From Candidatus Bathyarchaeota archaeon (lineage in GTDB: Archaea; Thermoproteota; Bathyarchaeia; TCS64): a stretch of 64,000 nucleotides of DNA. This document shows positions 40,480 through 51,962 of this stretch, one piece after another; position 1 is the stretch's first letter; every line of letters starts with the position of its first letter. The position numbers and the translations under genes were made by a program. The DNA lies in the NCBI GenBank assembly GCA_963769425.1, contig CAVYLP010000003.1, forward strand, positions 29,852 through 93,851, read 5' to 3'. The notes beneath the pieces are model-generated. The model was not told the origin of the DNA and made no database searches. It worked only from the letters and a program-made list of their open reading frames with translations.

Positions 40480-42291
40480 TTACACCTCCTTGTTCGGGTA
40501 AAGCCCCAGCGATTCATTCCAGGTTTTTATCTTTCGTTTACAGAGCTCTGGGCTTTCTGGGAATCTTATTGGTCTCCCCCTCGCGTCGATGTAGACCCCG
40601 ACGACGCCGCCTTGTATGGTTGTTTTCAGGGTTTTCCCGGGCCCAGCCCCAACATCGAAACCCCGCGAAGGTGTGATCACCGCCTTCGCCTCATGCCCCT
40701 CGGGGAGGGAAACCTTCACTATCTCACCGAACTTTAGCTCTTTATCCACTTTAGAGCCATCGGGTATCTCAAAGTTGACCCTTAGTGCCTCCGCTCCGAA
40801 CTCAGCTGTGCCGACTGGAGCGATGACAGTTCCAACCCTCACAAGGCAATCTTTGTCGAATATCTGCCATGCCGCATCCGGGTGGATTGTAGAGAGAACG
40901 CCGAGGTGAGGCATCATGAAGACGCTGTCTTGGAAGATCCTTGTAACGCCCTCTGGTTGAAACGCGTCGGTCATTATGAGCATCGACTGCTCGCGTCTTG
41001 GGGCATGTGAAAGGAGGCCTCCGGTACCAGCTATAATTCTTATCTTCATCATGTCTATGTATGACTCTGCAAGCTCCTGGTTGAGGATCTGGTCGAGGTC
41101 CCTCTTCTCACCGACGCCCTTGAGGCGTGTTGCTATGCTTTTATGGTGGACTAGTCCTAGCCTAAGGGCCTCCCTAGCGACAGCGTGTTCCAAGATCAAG
41201 TTATCTAGTGTATGAGGTATGATTGTGGGCCGGATCATCTTATTCATGAGCCTGTTCTTAACCTCAGATTCGTCGAGGTCGAATGGGAGCCACCTCACAA
41301 TATTCTCGACACCTGTCTCGAGGAGCACGTTACATATGCTGTAGCTCATCCCGAGGTTGGCGCTGACGCTCCTCACGAACCTCCCATCAAAGATCGAGTA
41401 GATATTTGTGGTGGCTCCACCTAGCCCCACACCTAAAACGTTCTCCTTGAATGTGTTGGCGATGAGCTGCATCGCCATCCCCTCGCCGCCGGGGGTGGGC
41501 ATTATGTCGATGTTTGTCCACTTCATCAGATCGGGATACCCTGGGGCGTGGGACATTACATGCTTCATGAATATCTCGTGTATGGCTCGTCTTGCGGGCT
41601 CTGTGTTCTCCACATCCAGTTTCGGTCGCAAATTCGGGACGCTTGTGAAGTCGAAGTCCTTGCACAAGATCTCCTTAACCTCCTCGGTGGCATCTTTGTT
41701 ACCCGCGTAGAGGAGGGGGAGGCTATAATCTACCCCGAGCCTCGGTTTAGGCTCCGCCGCCTTAATCAGCTCCGCGGTTTCGAGAACGACCTTTATCGCG
41801 CCGCCATCCGTTCCTCCTGCTAATAGGATCATGTCTGGCCTGAGGCTTCGAATCCTCTGTATTTTGACGTAGTCTGGCCGCAGGTCGTTAGTGGCGATCA
41901 CATCCATGACCATCGCTCCGGCGCCGAGTGCAGCCCTGTTCGCGCTCTCAGCGGTGATCCCTTTCATCGCGCCGGCGACCATCATCTGCAATCCACCACC
42001 AGCGCTACTCGTTGTGCAATAGATGTCCACGCCCGAGTCGTTGATGCACGGCATCGAGATCCCGTGTCCATCTGGGGAGAGTATCTTATGGTTGGTCAAT
42101 TCTTCGATCTCCTTGATGGCGTTCTTAACACCCTGGGTTACGTTCTCGAAGGGTGCTTCCACGGTTGTAGGTGCCTCACCGGCTACGACGAATCTCCACC
42201 CGTCCGCCCTGTTGGCAAAGAAGCGGGCCTTAGTGGTTGTGCTACCGACGTCGGTTGCCAGAATGTACCGAGCCTCCTCGAGTGGCTTCAT
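40480..42291 (-). CDS. MutL/GlmL-family ASKHA-fold ATPase (glutamate-mutase accessory protein-like) with an extra C-terminal domain of about 140 aa
   Basis: N-terminal LATDVGSTTTKARFF (phosphate-1), LLAGGTDGG and GVGLGGATTNIYS (phosphate-2/adenosine motifs) as in glutamate mutase component L. 603 aa, against about 460 for GlmL. Confidence 0.6.
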   Translation of the reverse strand: MKPLEEARYILATDVGSTTTKARFFANRADGWRFVVAGEAPTTVEAPFENVTQGVKNAIKEIEELTNHKILSPDGHGISMPCINDSGVDIYCTTSSAGGGLQMMVAGAMKGITAESANRAALGAGAMVMDVIATNDLRPDYVKIQRIRSLRPDMILLAGGTDGGAIKVVLETAELIKAAEPKPRLGVDYSLPLLYAGNKDATEEVKEILCKDFDFTSVPNLRPKLDVENTEPARRAIHEIFMKHVMSHAPGYPDLMKWTNIDIMPTPGGEGMAMQLIANTFKENVLGVGLGGATTNIYSIFDGRFVRSVSANLGMSYSICNVLLETGVENIVRWLPFDLDESEVKNRLMNKMIRPTIIPHTLDNLILEHAVAREALRLGLVHHKSIATRLKGVGEKRDLDQILNQELAESYIDMMKIRIIAGTGGLLSHAPRREQSMLIMTDAFQPEGVTRIFQDSVFMMPHLGVLSTIHPDAAWQIFDKDCLVRVGTVIAPVGTAEFGAEALRVNFEIPDGSKVDKELKFGEIVKVSLPEGHEAKAVITPSRGFDVGAGPGKTLKTTIQGGVVGVYIDARGRPIRFPESPELCKRKIKTWNESLGLYPNKEV

Positions 42292-42550
42292 GTCGTTCCC
42301 CTACCTTTCTTTAGATGAACTTAAAAAAACTCCTTTCTGTTTTACTCACTTTAGACAAAAACAGTAGCGATGATTAAGAAACGTGGTCATCTTGTTTCAT
42401 TTTCGACACAAATTAATGAATTTCCACAATGAGAGACACTGAATTTCTAATACAAACACATTTTTACTATCTATCGAAGTCGCCGACTAGGATAGGTCGT
42501 AAATTATTTCTCCTCAACTCCCAGATGGACTAACCAGGAGTGTCGATGAA

Positions 42551-44359
42551 TTGGATGAGTTCTCGATTCTGATAACGGATACCGCCGTTGTCGATGGATC
42601 AGGTAAGCCTCCATACAGGGCTAGCATAGGTATAAGGGGAGACAAGGTCGAGCAGGTCGGTATGGTGAAAGGAGACGCCGTGACCGAGATCGACGGAAAG
42701 AAGCTCACAGCCATTCCGGGTTTTATAGACTCACACAGTCACGGGGATTTCAACATCCTCTTCTTCCCCCGTTGCGAAAGTTATCTCTACCAGGGCGTCA
42801 CCACGATGGTGACTGGACAATGCGGCATGTCCCCCGCCCCGATAGGCGATAAGATCACCCTACCAGGGATCGCAGAGTATTACCAGTTCGAGCTCGAACC
42901 CTACAAGTACGAGCCCACTCACACCGTCTACCCACGTGAGACAGTCAACAGACTAATGAGGGAGAAATTTGGGTGGACGATAGACTGGCACTCAATGGCT
43001 GACTGGTTCAAAGTAGTAGAAGAGAAGAAGACGTCGATCAACCTCGCAACCATGGTCGGTCACGTTACGGTAAGGAGGACCGTGATGGAGGATGATTTTG
43101 AGAGGCCGGCTAAAAAGGAGGAGAGGGATATGATGGCGTCACTGATCCGAAGGTCCCTAGATGAAGGGTGCATCGGTTTATCCATGGGTCTCGACTACGA
43201 CCCGGACACCTTTGCCGACAGGGAAGAGCTTGTTGATGCGTGTAAAGTAGCCGCAGAGTACGGAGCCATCTTCGTCCCCCACTCCCGGAGGACGGGGAGG
43301 CGCAAAGGCGTAACCGCGGGTCAGAGGCCACACGACAAGATCGATGCCATAAACGAGGTCATTGACCTCTGCCGCGCATCCAAGGTGCGCATGAATATCG
43401 CCCACCTCTTCACAGGCTGGTACATTAACCCGGACACCAGTTCGACGCTGGAGGAGGCGAATAGGAGAGCTACCCTCAAGGTCATAGACGACGCGATCAA
43501 GGAGGGACTCGATATCAGCTTCGATGCGCTCCCAAGTTGCATGACCTCAGTCTATGGAGGCGCCGCCTTCCTCTGCGGCAGCTTTGAACCATGGGTCAGG
43601 GAGAAGGGAAGCCGAGCCGAGTTCGCGAAGTGGCTCAATGTAGAAGAGTACAGGCAGGAGATAAAGGACGCCGTAAAGGCGGGTAAGTGGTACACGAGAG
43701 AGGGACCCAATATAAATCCCCACTGGGCTGAAGGCATGACGATACTGAGACATAGGGACCCAAACACAATAAACAAAACGATCGCAAAGATAGCGGAAGA
43801 GAGGAGCAAAGACCCCTACGACGTCTGGTTCGACCTGATAAGGGAGGATCCAGATGCCCTATGTGGACATCCATTCACGTATCCCGGAGGACCGCCAGAC
43901 CTTAACGCCGAATACCATAAAGTATTCTGGCAGCACCCAGCCGTGCCCTAGGGATCGTTCATGCAGACGTATACGATTACCAGTATGAACCCCCGGTCCC
44001 CACCTACATGCTGCCCATGGTCATGTTTTACTCAGCATTCCCCCATCATTCCTAGAGAAATTCGTGATTCGCGAGAAGATACTCACGATAGAACAGGCAG
44101 ATACAAAACCTCGACGCAGCCCGCGAAACGCTACGGTCTAAAGGGAAGAGGCGAGATAAAATCCAGATCCTTCGCCGATGTCGTTCTTCTAGAAATGGAC
44201 AAGCTGAAGGTAAACGGAACACCCTTGGAGCCGAAGAAAAAACCATCAGGCATACCTTATGTCATCGTCAATGGCTCGGTGGTGATTGAAAATGGTGAAC
44301 ACACTGGTGCAAAGCCAGGCCAAGTGATCAGGAAGGCCTATAGCCTCCCATCTTCTTAA
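42551..44359 (+). pseudogene. D-aminoacylase (N-acyl-D-amino-acid deacylase, amidohydrolase superfamily) with an in-frame TAG and a garbled segment before the C-terminal domain
   Basis: N-terminal PGFIDSHSHGDF metal-binding motif. C-terminal ...GLKGRGEIKSRSFADVVLL...GIPYVIVNG lies in the same frame after TAG 43949-43951. The segment 43952-44130 fits the family only if further indels are assumed. Confidence 0.6.
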
Positions 44360-44510
44360 ACCCCCCTGAGCGAGAAATCAAGCTGAGACCACGCTATCAG
44401 GCGGTGCTTCACTGAACCTCGAGAGCACCTCATACGTCTTAAGAGCGTCCCTCTCAAAGACCAGTATAATCATCTCCGCATCACAACTCATGAAGTCGGT
44501 TATGTTAATC

Positions 44511-45067
44511 TCATTCATGTAGACCTCTGTAGTAATCGCGGAGATGACACCCCGGGGTATTCGCAGCCTCCTCTGAGAGGGGAATCAGGATACCCGCAAG
44601 CCCTCGGTTCGTCTGCAGGATTCTCTGGCTCGGTAAAACATCTAGGACTTTATTGACGTTCTTCTCATCCATCGCAACCCTGATGTTTTCGAAACCCTTC
44701 ACGAAGCGAAAGGTGTCCCCAGTATTGTAATCCGTTTCCAGGGAGATCTTTTTAGGAGAGTGACAATGTCGGGATCATTATCAAGAGTCATCCCTAATAT
44801 CTTGTTCTTCAAGGTGAGCTTAGAGATTAGTCTCCCAATATTGCTGTAGTTCTCCATCATCTCAAGAATGGGGTAGCGTCGGATCGCACTGACCACAGCC
44901 TCAAGCGAGGTCTTCTCCCCAACCGTACCCTGAATAACTCTGGCGAGCGCCCTGATGTTGATGAGGTTTCTCGCAAGCCCCTTCTTTATGACCGCATCCT
45001 GCTCGATGGTCTCCTTCACCACGTCACTTAAAGAACGCGTCGAATTCGACATAAATGTAGCGTACAC
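44511..45067 (-). pseudogene. Frameshifted paralog of 45214..45876 (divergently oriented)
   Basis: 44699..45067 aligns with residues 1-120 (SLSDVVKETIEQDAVIKKGLARNLINIRALARVIQ...LEAVVSAIRRYP). 44511..44702 aligns with residues about 130-190 (QTNRGLAGILIP) in another frame. Confidence 0.45.
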
Positions 45068-45213
45068 GACACATGGTTTAACATTTGCCGGATATTAGAC
45101 ACGTTTCTACACGAATATCTTCGACCCCAGAGAACATTGCGACTAGATTTAAGCTATCTTCCACTGCCGACATTCAAATATATGCACATATTAATTGAAC
45201 CACTGACACGATC

Positions 45214-45876
45214 ATGGATGAGTCGCAGCAATCACTCAGCGATAACTTGAGAGAGATCATCGAAAAAGACCCTGTGATAAAACAAGCTCTTACAAGAGGA
45301 TTCGTTAACATTAGGGCGCTTGCCAGAATGATTCAACCTCAGATGAGTGATAAACCCACGCTCGAGGCCATCGTTAGCGCTATAAGGAGATATCCAGTCA
45401 ACGAGAGTTACTCAAAATATAGCGAAATCGGGAAGCTCATCGGAAAGCTCACGATGAAAAATAAGATAGCAGCTTTGACGATAGAAAACGAACTAAACGT
45501 GAACCTGGCTCTCGACAAACTCTTGGCTGATACCTGGGTCAAAGGAGGAGACACTCTACACATCGTCAAGGGCATCAATTCTTTGAGGGTACTAGTTGAC
45601 ACTAAGAACCTGGACAAGCTTATTGCGGTTATTCCCAAGAAATATATTCGCAAAACCAACAGGGGGCTCGCCGAGATAGTGATTGGTATGAGCAACCTCC
45701 AGAGAAAGGCTCCAGAGATCGGCGTCATTGCCACTTTAACATCCGAGGTCGCTTTGAACGGTATAAGTCTCACCGACTTCATGAGCTGCGACGCAGAGAT
45801 GATTGTCATAGTGCGTGAGAAAGATGCGTTGAGGTGTTACAAAACACTGGAGAAGTTAAGCCAAGAGGGTAGCTAA
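45214..45876 (+). CDS. Hypothetical protein with an N-terminal HTH-like segment (220 aa). It may be an ACT-like regulator.
   Basis: ORF only. LREIIEKDPVIKQALTRGFVNIRALARMI looks helix-turn-helix-like. Confidence 0.45.
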   Translation: MDESQQSLSDNLREIIEKDPVIKQALTRGFVNIRALARMIQPQMSDKPTLEAIVSAIRRYPVNESYSKYSEIGKLIGKLTMKNKIAALTIENELNVNLALDKLLADTWVKGGDTLHIVKGINSLRVLVDTKNLDKLIAVIPKKYIRKTNRGLAEIVIGMSNLQRKAPEIGVIATLTSEVALNGISLTDFMSCDAEMIVIVREKDALRCYKTLEKLSQEGS

Positions 45877-45916
45877 TTTTTCCAGTTTGTAAGTCGATTG
45901 CGTGCGTAGATACGAA

Positions 45917-46748
45917 GCGCTAGCCTGTTTAGAAAACCATCTTCAAAGACCTTAACCCCGCTAACCTCGACCTAACCGAGACAGACTCCAATACCCCATC
46001 CAAAAATCAAACTCCAAGTCATCTCAGTAGACCCGAAGCCCACCCGCCAAAACGATGGAAAAACCTCAGAAAGCCCCCTCAGCAACGACGCACTCACTTA
46101 ACAAAGCCCTTTATACACATGACCAGATCAGGAGACCCCAACCTCACCGAAGCCAACGCAACGGCAAGCATAGAGATCAGACTCAGCAAGACATGGATCA
46201 CCACACAAGTCCACCCCCTCACTTGGAGACCATCAAGCATCAATTACTCCTTCGCCCTCCCGAAGAGCCTCTCTATGCTCCACCTCTTCCTGAACAGCTT
46301 CACGATCCGCCTAGCACCCCTAGCCATGAAGTCCCTGCCCGCCCTGAAGGCATCCCTCAGCCTCGAGTTCCTCCTCACTGGGATAATGGGCTCGGCACCA
46401 AGCCACTCAGCCGCGTCCCTCGCGTTCTGAGACCCATATTGGCTGTCGGCGAGCACCGACTTAAATCGGACGCCAAGGCGATGAACCGCCTCCAGAAGCG
46501 GCTCGAAGTGAAGCTTGGAGGCTGAGTTGTCTGTCGCTGGGGATTCGGAGGAGGTGTTTGGCTAGTTGGGCTTTCAGCATGGCGAGTGGTTTGATTTGGG
46601 TTCTTCCTGGTCCTGTGTGGTGGTAGTGGTTTGTTAGATTTGTGTGTATCTGGTCTAGGTTGAGTGAGTCAAGCACGCGCTTAACATTCAACCTACCTCA
46701 ATGGAGATTTGGGTTGGTCTCTATATTAATTTCTAAACAGGCTAGCGC
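45917..46748 (-). mobile_element. Degenerate copy (832 bp) of the same IS family as 22219-23492, with perfect 19-bp terminal inverted repeats
   Basis: IRs are gcgctagcctgtttagaaa (45917-45935) and tttctaaacaggctagcgc (46730-46748). Inside lie transposase fragments in two frames (46461..46691 N-terminal LKAQLAKHLLRIPSDR; 46244..46456 C-terminal ADSQYGS...RWSIERLFGRAKE). Confidence 0.65.
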
Positions 46749-46781
46749 GCAAATTACGAGCACAAAGCGCACGTGTTATTG

Positions 46782-49017
<2,236 letters not shown>

Positions 49018-49037
49018 TTATTACTTAATAATCGGTA

Positions 49038-49472
49038 ATGAATAGCACTCTCACTGATGTCGAGATCATATCTGCACTCCGCTCGAAGGGTTTCAAGGCT
49101 ACTTCACAGAGGATAGCCATCTGCCGCAGCATATTACATAGTGCGGATCATCCTACTCCCCAGAGAATTTACGAGGAAGTGAAGAAGTTTCACCCAACAG
49201 TTAGCTTGGCAACAGTGTATAAGACCCTGGGCGTGTTGGAGGAGCTTAACCTGCTCCAGAATCTGCCTTTGAAGCACGGGGAAACGAGGCTCGACCCTAA
49301 CATGGAACCTCATCTCAACATGGTTTGCAGTAGATGCGGGGTTGTAAGAGATGTAACAGATGAATACTTGAAGGAGATGATTAAGAAGGCGGCTGAGAAG
49401 GTTAGATTCAGCATCTCGGGGCAATGCTTCCTCCTCTATGGAGTGTGTGAGAGTTGCGGGAAAAAGCGCTAG
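49038..49472 (+). CDS. Fur-family metalloregulator (a PerR-like candidate given its divergent katG)
   Basis: RIAICRSILHSADHPTPQRIYEEV...TVYKTLGVLEE DNA-binding domain. C-terminal CxxC pairs (CSRCG...CESCG). Confidence 0.75.
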   Translation: MNSTLTDVEIISALRSKGFKATSQRIAICRSILHSADHPTPQRIYEEVKKFHPTVSLATVYKTLGVLEELNLLQNLPLKHGETRLDPNMEPHLNMVCSRCGVVRDVTDEYLKEMIKKAAEKVRFSISGQCFLLYGVCESCGKKR

Positions 49473-49796
49473 AAGTTCACCGCGTTCATTGGTTTTTTGT
49501 GAGGAGTCTGCAGGTTAAGATCTATCAGAGCACACTAGACGATGAGTTGTTCATAATCACTCCTAGTTCATTTACACAGAAGCAATAGCAAAAAACGTTC
49601 AACGAGATTTATGCTTTCTGTAAACGTGGCATCTTTTTGTTATTTCATTGGATAACGGTATGTAAGTGCTAAAGAAACGGAAGTAATATTATAACATAGT
49701 TACTCTTACAGGGAGAGAATAACTAACCTATATATTTTAAGTTAAATAGAATAAATTTATTAACTATGTCTATATCAATCATGCGAGTGAATAGAC

Positions 49797-50048
49797 ATGG
49801 CTGATGTTTCATTCAAGTTAGTTGATGTTGAGAAGAAACCCAGTAGAAGGTACAGGAAAGGAAGCAAGTACGATCCGATAATCGACCAGTTCTGCAATAG
49901 CAAGTCCAAATTGGTGAAGGTTGAATTAAAGGGGAAGGACGCAAACTACATTCGTACTCAGCTGAAGAAGAGGATCGATGCTAGGGATATGGGTAGTCAA
50001 ATTGAAGTATCGGTCGTCAACAACATCGCCTATATTGAGAAGAAGTAA
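49797..50048 (+). CDS. Small basic hypothetical protein (83 aa) in an AT-rich patch
   Basis: ORF only. Confidence 0.3.
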   Translation: MADVSFKLVDVEKKPSRRYRKGSKYDPIIDQFCNSKSKLVKVELKGKDANYIRTQLKKRIDARDMGSQIEVSVVNNIAYIEKK

Positions 50049-50114
50049 AAAGGGTACTAACCTCAAGGGATTTTGATTTATCAAATCCCTCTTTAAATTC
50101 GCTTTTAGCATATC

Positions 50115-50546
50115 TTATTTTAAGGATATTTCCCACCGATATCGAATAAGTCCACGATTCAAGACTTCAAGCAATGCGTTCGCCTTCTTTCGGAGTTCAT
50201 CGGCGTTGCTACCAACTGCCTCTAGGATCGACTCCTCTTTGATCGAGGCCGCCTCCTCGAGTGTCTTCCCCTTTAGCAGGTCGCACAGCGCCTCCACCGC
50301 GACGTTGACCGTTGGGTCGCATAGGCACAGGTACTTGATTGTTTCAATGGAGCCGTTGCGGATGTTGATGAATATCTTCAGGTAATCTGCGGGGCGCCCG
50401 CAGATCCGCCTGTTGCCCTCGGCGACGGGGTCTAGGAGTATGGTGGGGTTTTCGATGGTGCCGGCGTTCTCGAAACCCGTCCTGAGCAGCTTGCGGTAGT
50501 ACTTGATGACTGCCTGGTCCATCTTTTCCCTCTTATCGACTCTCAT
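50115..50546 (-). CDS. NifU/IscU-like Fe-S cluster scaffold-type protein
   Basis: GNRRICGRPADY and CLCDPT Cys-containing segments. It overlaps the cysteine desulfurase stop by 4 nt. Confidence 0.5.
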   Translation of the reverse strand: MRVDKREKMDQAVIKYYRKLLRTGFENAGTIENPTILLDPVAEGNRRICGRPADYLKIFINIRNGSIETIKYLCLCDPTVNVAVEALCDLLKGKTLEEAASIKEESILEAVGSNADELRKKANALLEVLNRGLIRYRWEISLK

Positions 50547-51898
50547 ACGTAGCTGCGTTCTTCAAATATATCGTCGAGCGTCTCGATGAACGTCTCGCAC
50601 TCCTCCATCGTGTTGTAGAAGTAAAGGGAGACGCGGTACAGCATCCTATGCTCCGAGGGAAGCCGCGGCTCCGCCCAGCCCTCTCCGTACTCCCTGTTCA
50701 GGTAGGAGTGGACGCAGAAGGCGCCGGACCGGATCATTATGTTGCTCCTCTCGCTGAGCTCCTCGGCTATCCCAACGGCGTTGGGCCGCTTGATCTCGAA
50801 GGTCAGTATGCCTCCTCTCTGGGCGGGGTCCTCCGGCCCGAGTATCTTCAGCCACTCCGCCTCGTTGTACTTGTGGAGGAGTTCCTCCGTCAGGAAGCGG
50901 TTAAGATCCGTTTCGTGGGAGCTTATACGCTCCATCCCTATCTTCTTCAGGTACTTGACTGCTGGACCCGCCCCGATCTGCCCCGGATAGTTCTGGACCC
51001 CCGCCTCGAAGCTCTCCGGGGGATCAAGCAGGCGGTAGGAATCGTAGGTCGTGTCACCTACCGTGCCTCCGCCGATGAGAGCTGGTTCGACTAGACAGCG
51101 ATCCGACTCATCCACGCCTATCCTCCGCTCTATGAACTCCTTCTTGCCGTAGAGGATGCCGACCCCCTTCGGCCCACACATCTTGTGTATCGAGAATGCC
51201 AGGAAGTCCACATCCAGATCCTGCACGTCGACGGCCCGATGCGGGACCGCCTGAGCTCCATCGAGCAGGACCTCGGCGCCGTGATCGTGCGCTATCTTGA
51301 CCATGGCTTTGGCAGGGATGGTGTAGCCCGTAAGGTTCGAAGTGTAGCCCATGCTGACTAGCCTGACCCTGTTACCCTCCAGCTTGTGCTCAAGCTCCTC
51401 GAGATCGAAGATGCCGCCTGGGCCCTGATCTACATGGTCGACCTTGATCAGTCCTTTATCCTGTAGCCTAAGCCAGGGGAGCAGGTTCGAGTTGTGCTCC
51501 TTGTCCCCCAGCAGAACGATGTCTCCAGGCCGGAATCTGAATCCGAGCGCCACGATGTTGATGGCGTGGGTCGTGTTCGAGGTGAAGATTATCTCTTTTT
51601 CGGATCTCGCGTTTATGAAGTTCTTGATGAGATGACGGGAACCCTCGGTCCCTTTATCGGCGTCTCCCTCGATTCGGCTGGAGACCTCCTCTGCGAACCA
51701 GTGCTGGCTCCTCCCCTCGCCGCACGCCGGGTACTCCTTGTAGTACTCGTTAATGGCCTCGATCACCTGCCTCGGCACAAGCGTCGTGCAGGCGTTGTCT
51801 AGGTAGACCGGCGGCTTCCCGTTGCGACGGCGGCTCAGCGCCGGGAAGTCCCGCCTTATGGCCTCCAGGTTCTCCTTGTTCATCTCTTCGTCATCCAT
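50543..51898 (-). CDS. Cysteine desulfurase (class V aminotransferase, SufS/NifS-like)
   Basis: PLP fold segments. FSIHKMCGPKGVGILYG has the Lys of the SxHK motif. The C-terminal RSGAFCVHS-like region is present. Confidence 0.8.
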   Translation of the reverse strand: MDDEEMNKENLEAIRRDFPALSRRRNGKPPVYLDNACTTLVPRQVIEAINEYYKEYPACGEGRSQHWFAEEVSSRIEGDADKGTEGSRHLIKNFINARSEKEIIFTSNTTHAINIVALGFRFRPGDIVLLGDKEHNSNLLPWLRLQDKGLIKVDHVDQGPGGIFDLEELEHKLEGNRVRLVSMGYTSNLTGYTIPAKAMVKIAHDHGAEVLLDGAQAVPHRAVDVQDLDVDFLAFSIHKMCGPKGVGILYGKKEFIERRIGVDESDRCLVEPALIGGGTVGDTTYDSYRLLDPPESFEAGVQNYPGQIGAGPAVKYLKKIGMERISSHETDLNRFLTEELLHKYNEAEWLKILGPEDPAQRGGILTFEIKRPNAVGIAEELSERSNIMIRSGAFCVHSYLNREYGEGWAEPRLPSEHRMLYRVSLYFYNTMEECETFIETLDDIFEERSYV

Positions 51899-51962
51899 CT
51901 CCGGCTATTAGGTAAAAAGACTGGTTCTGTATCGGCTTAGGGCGGCCACATTTTTTGGTGCT

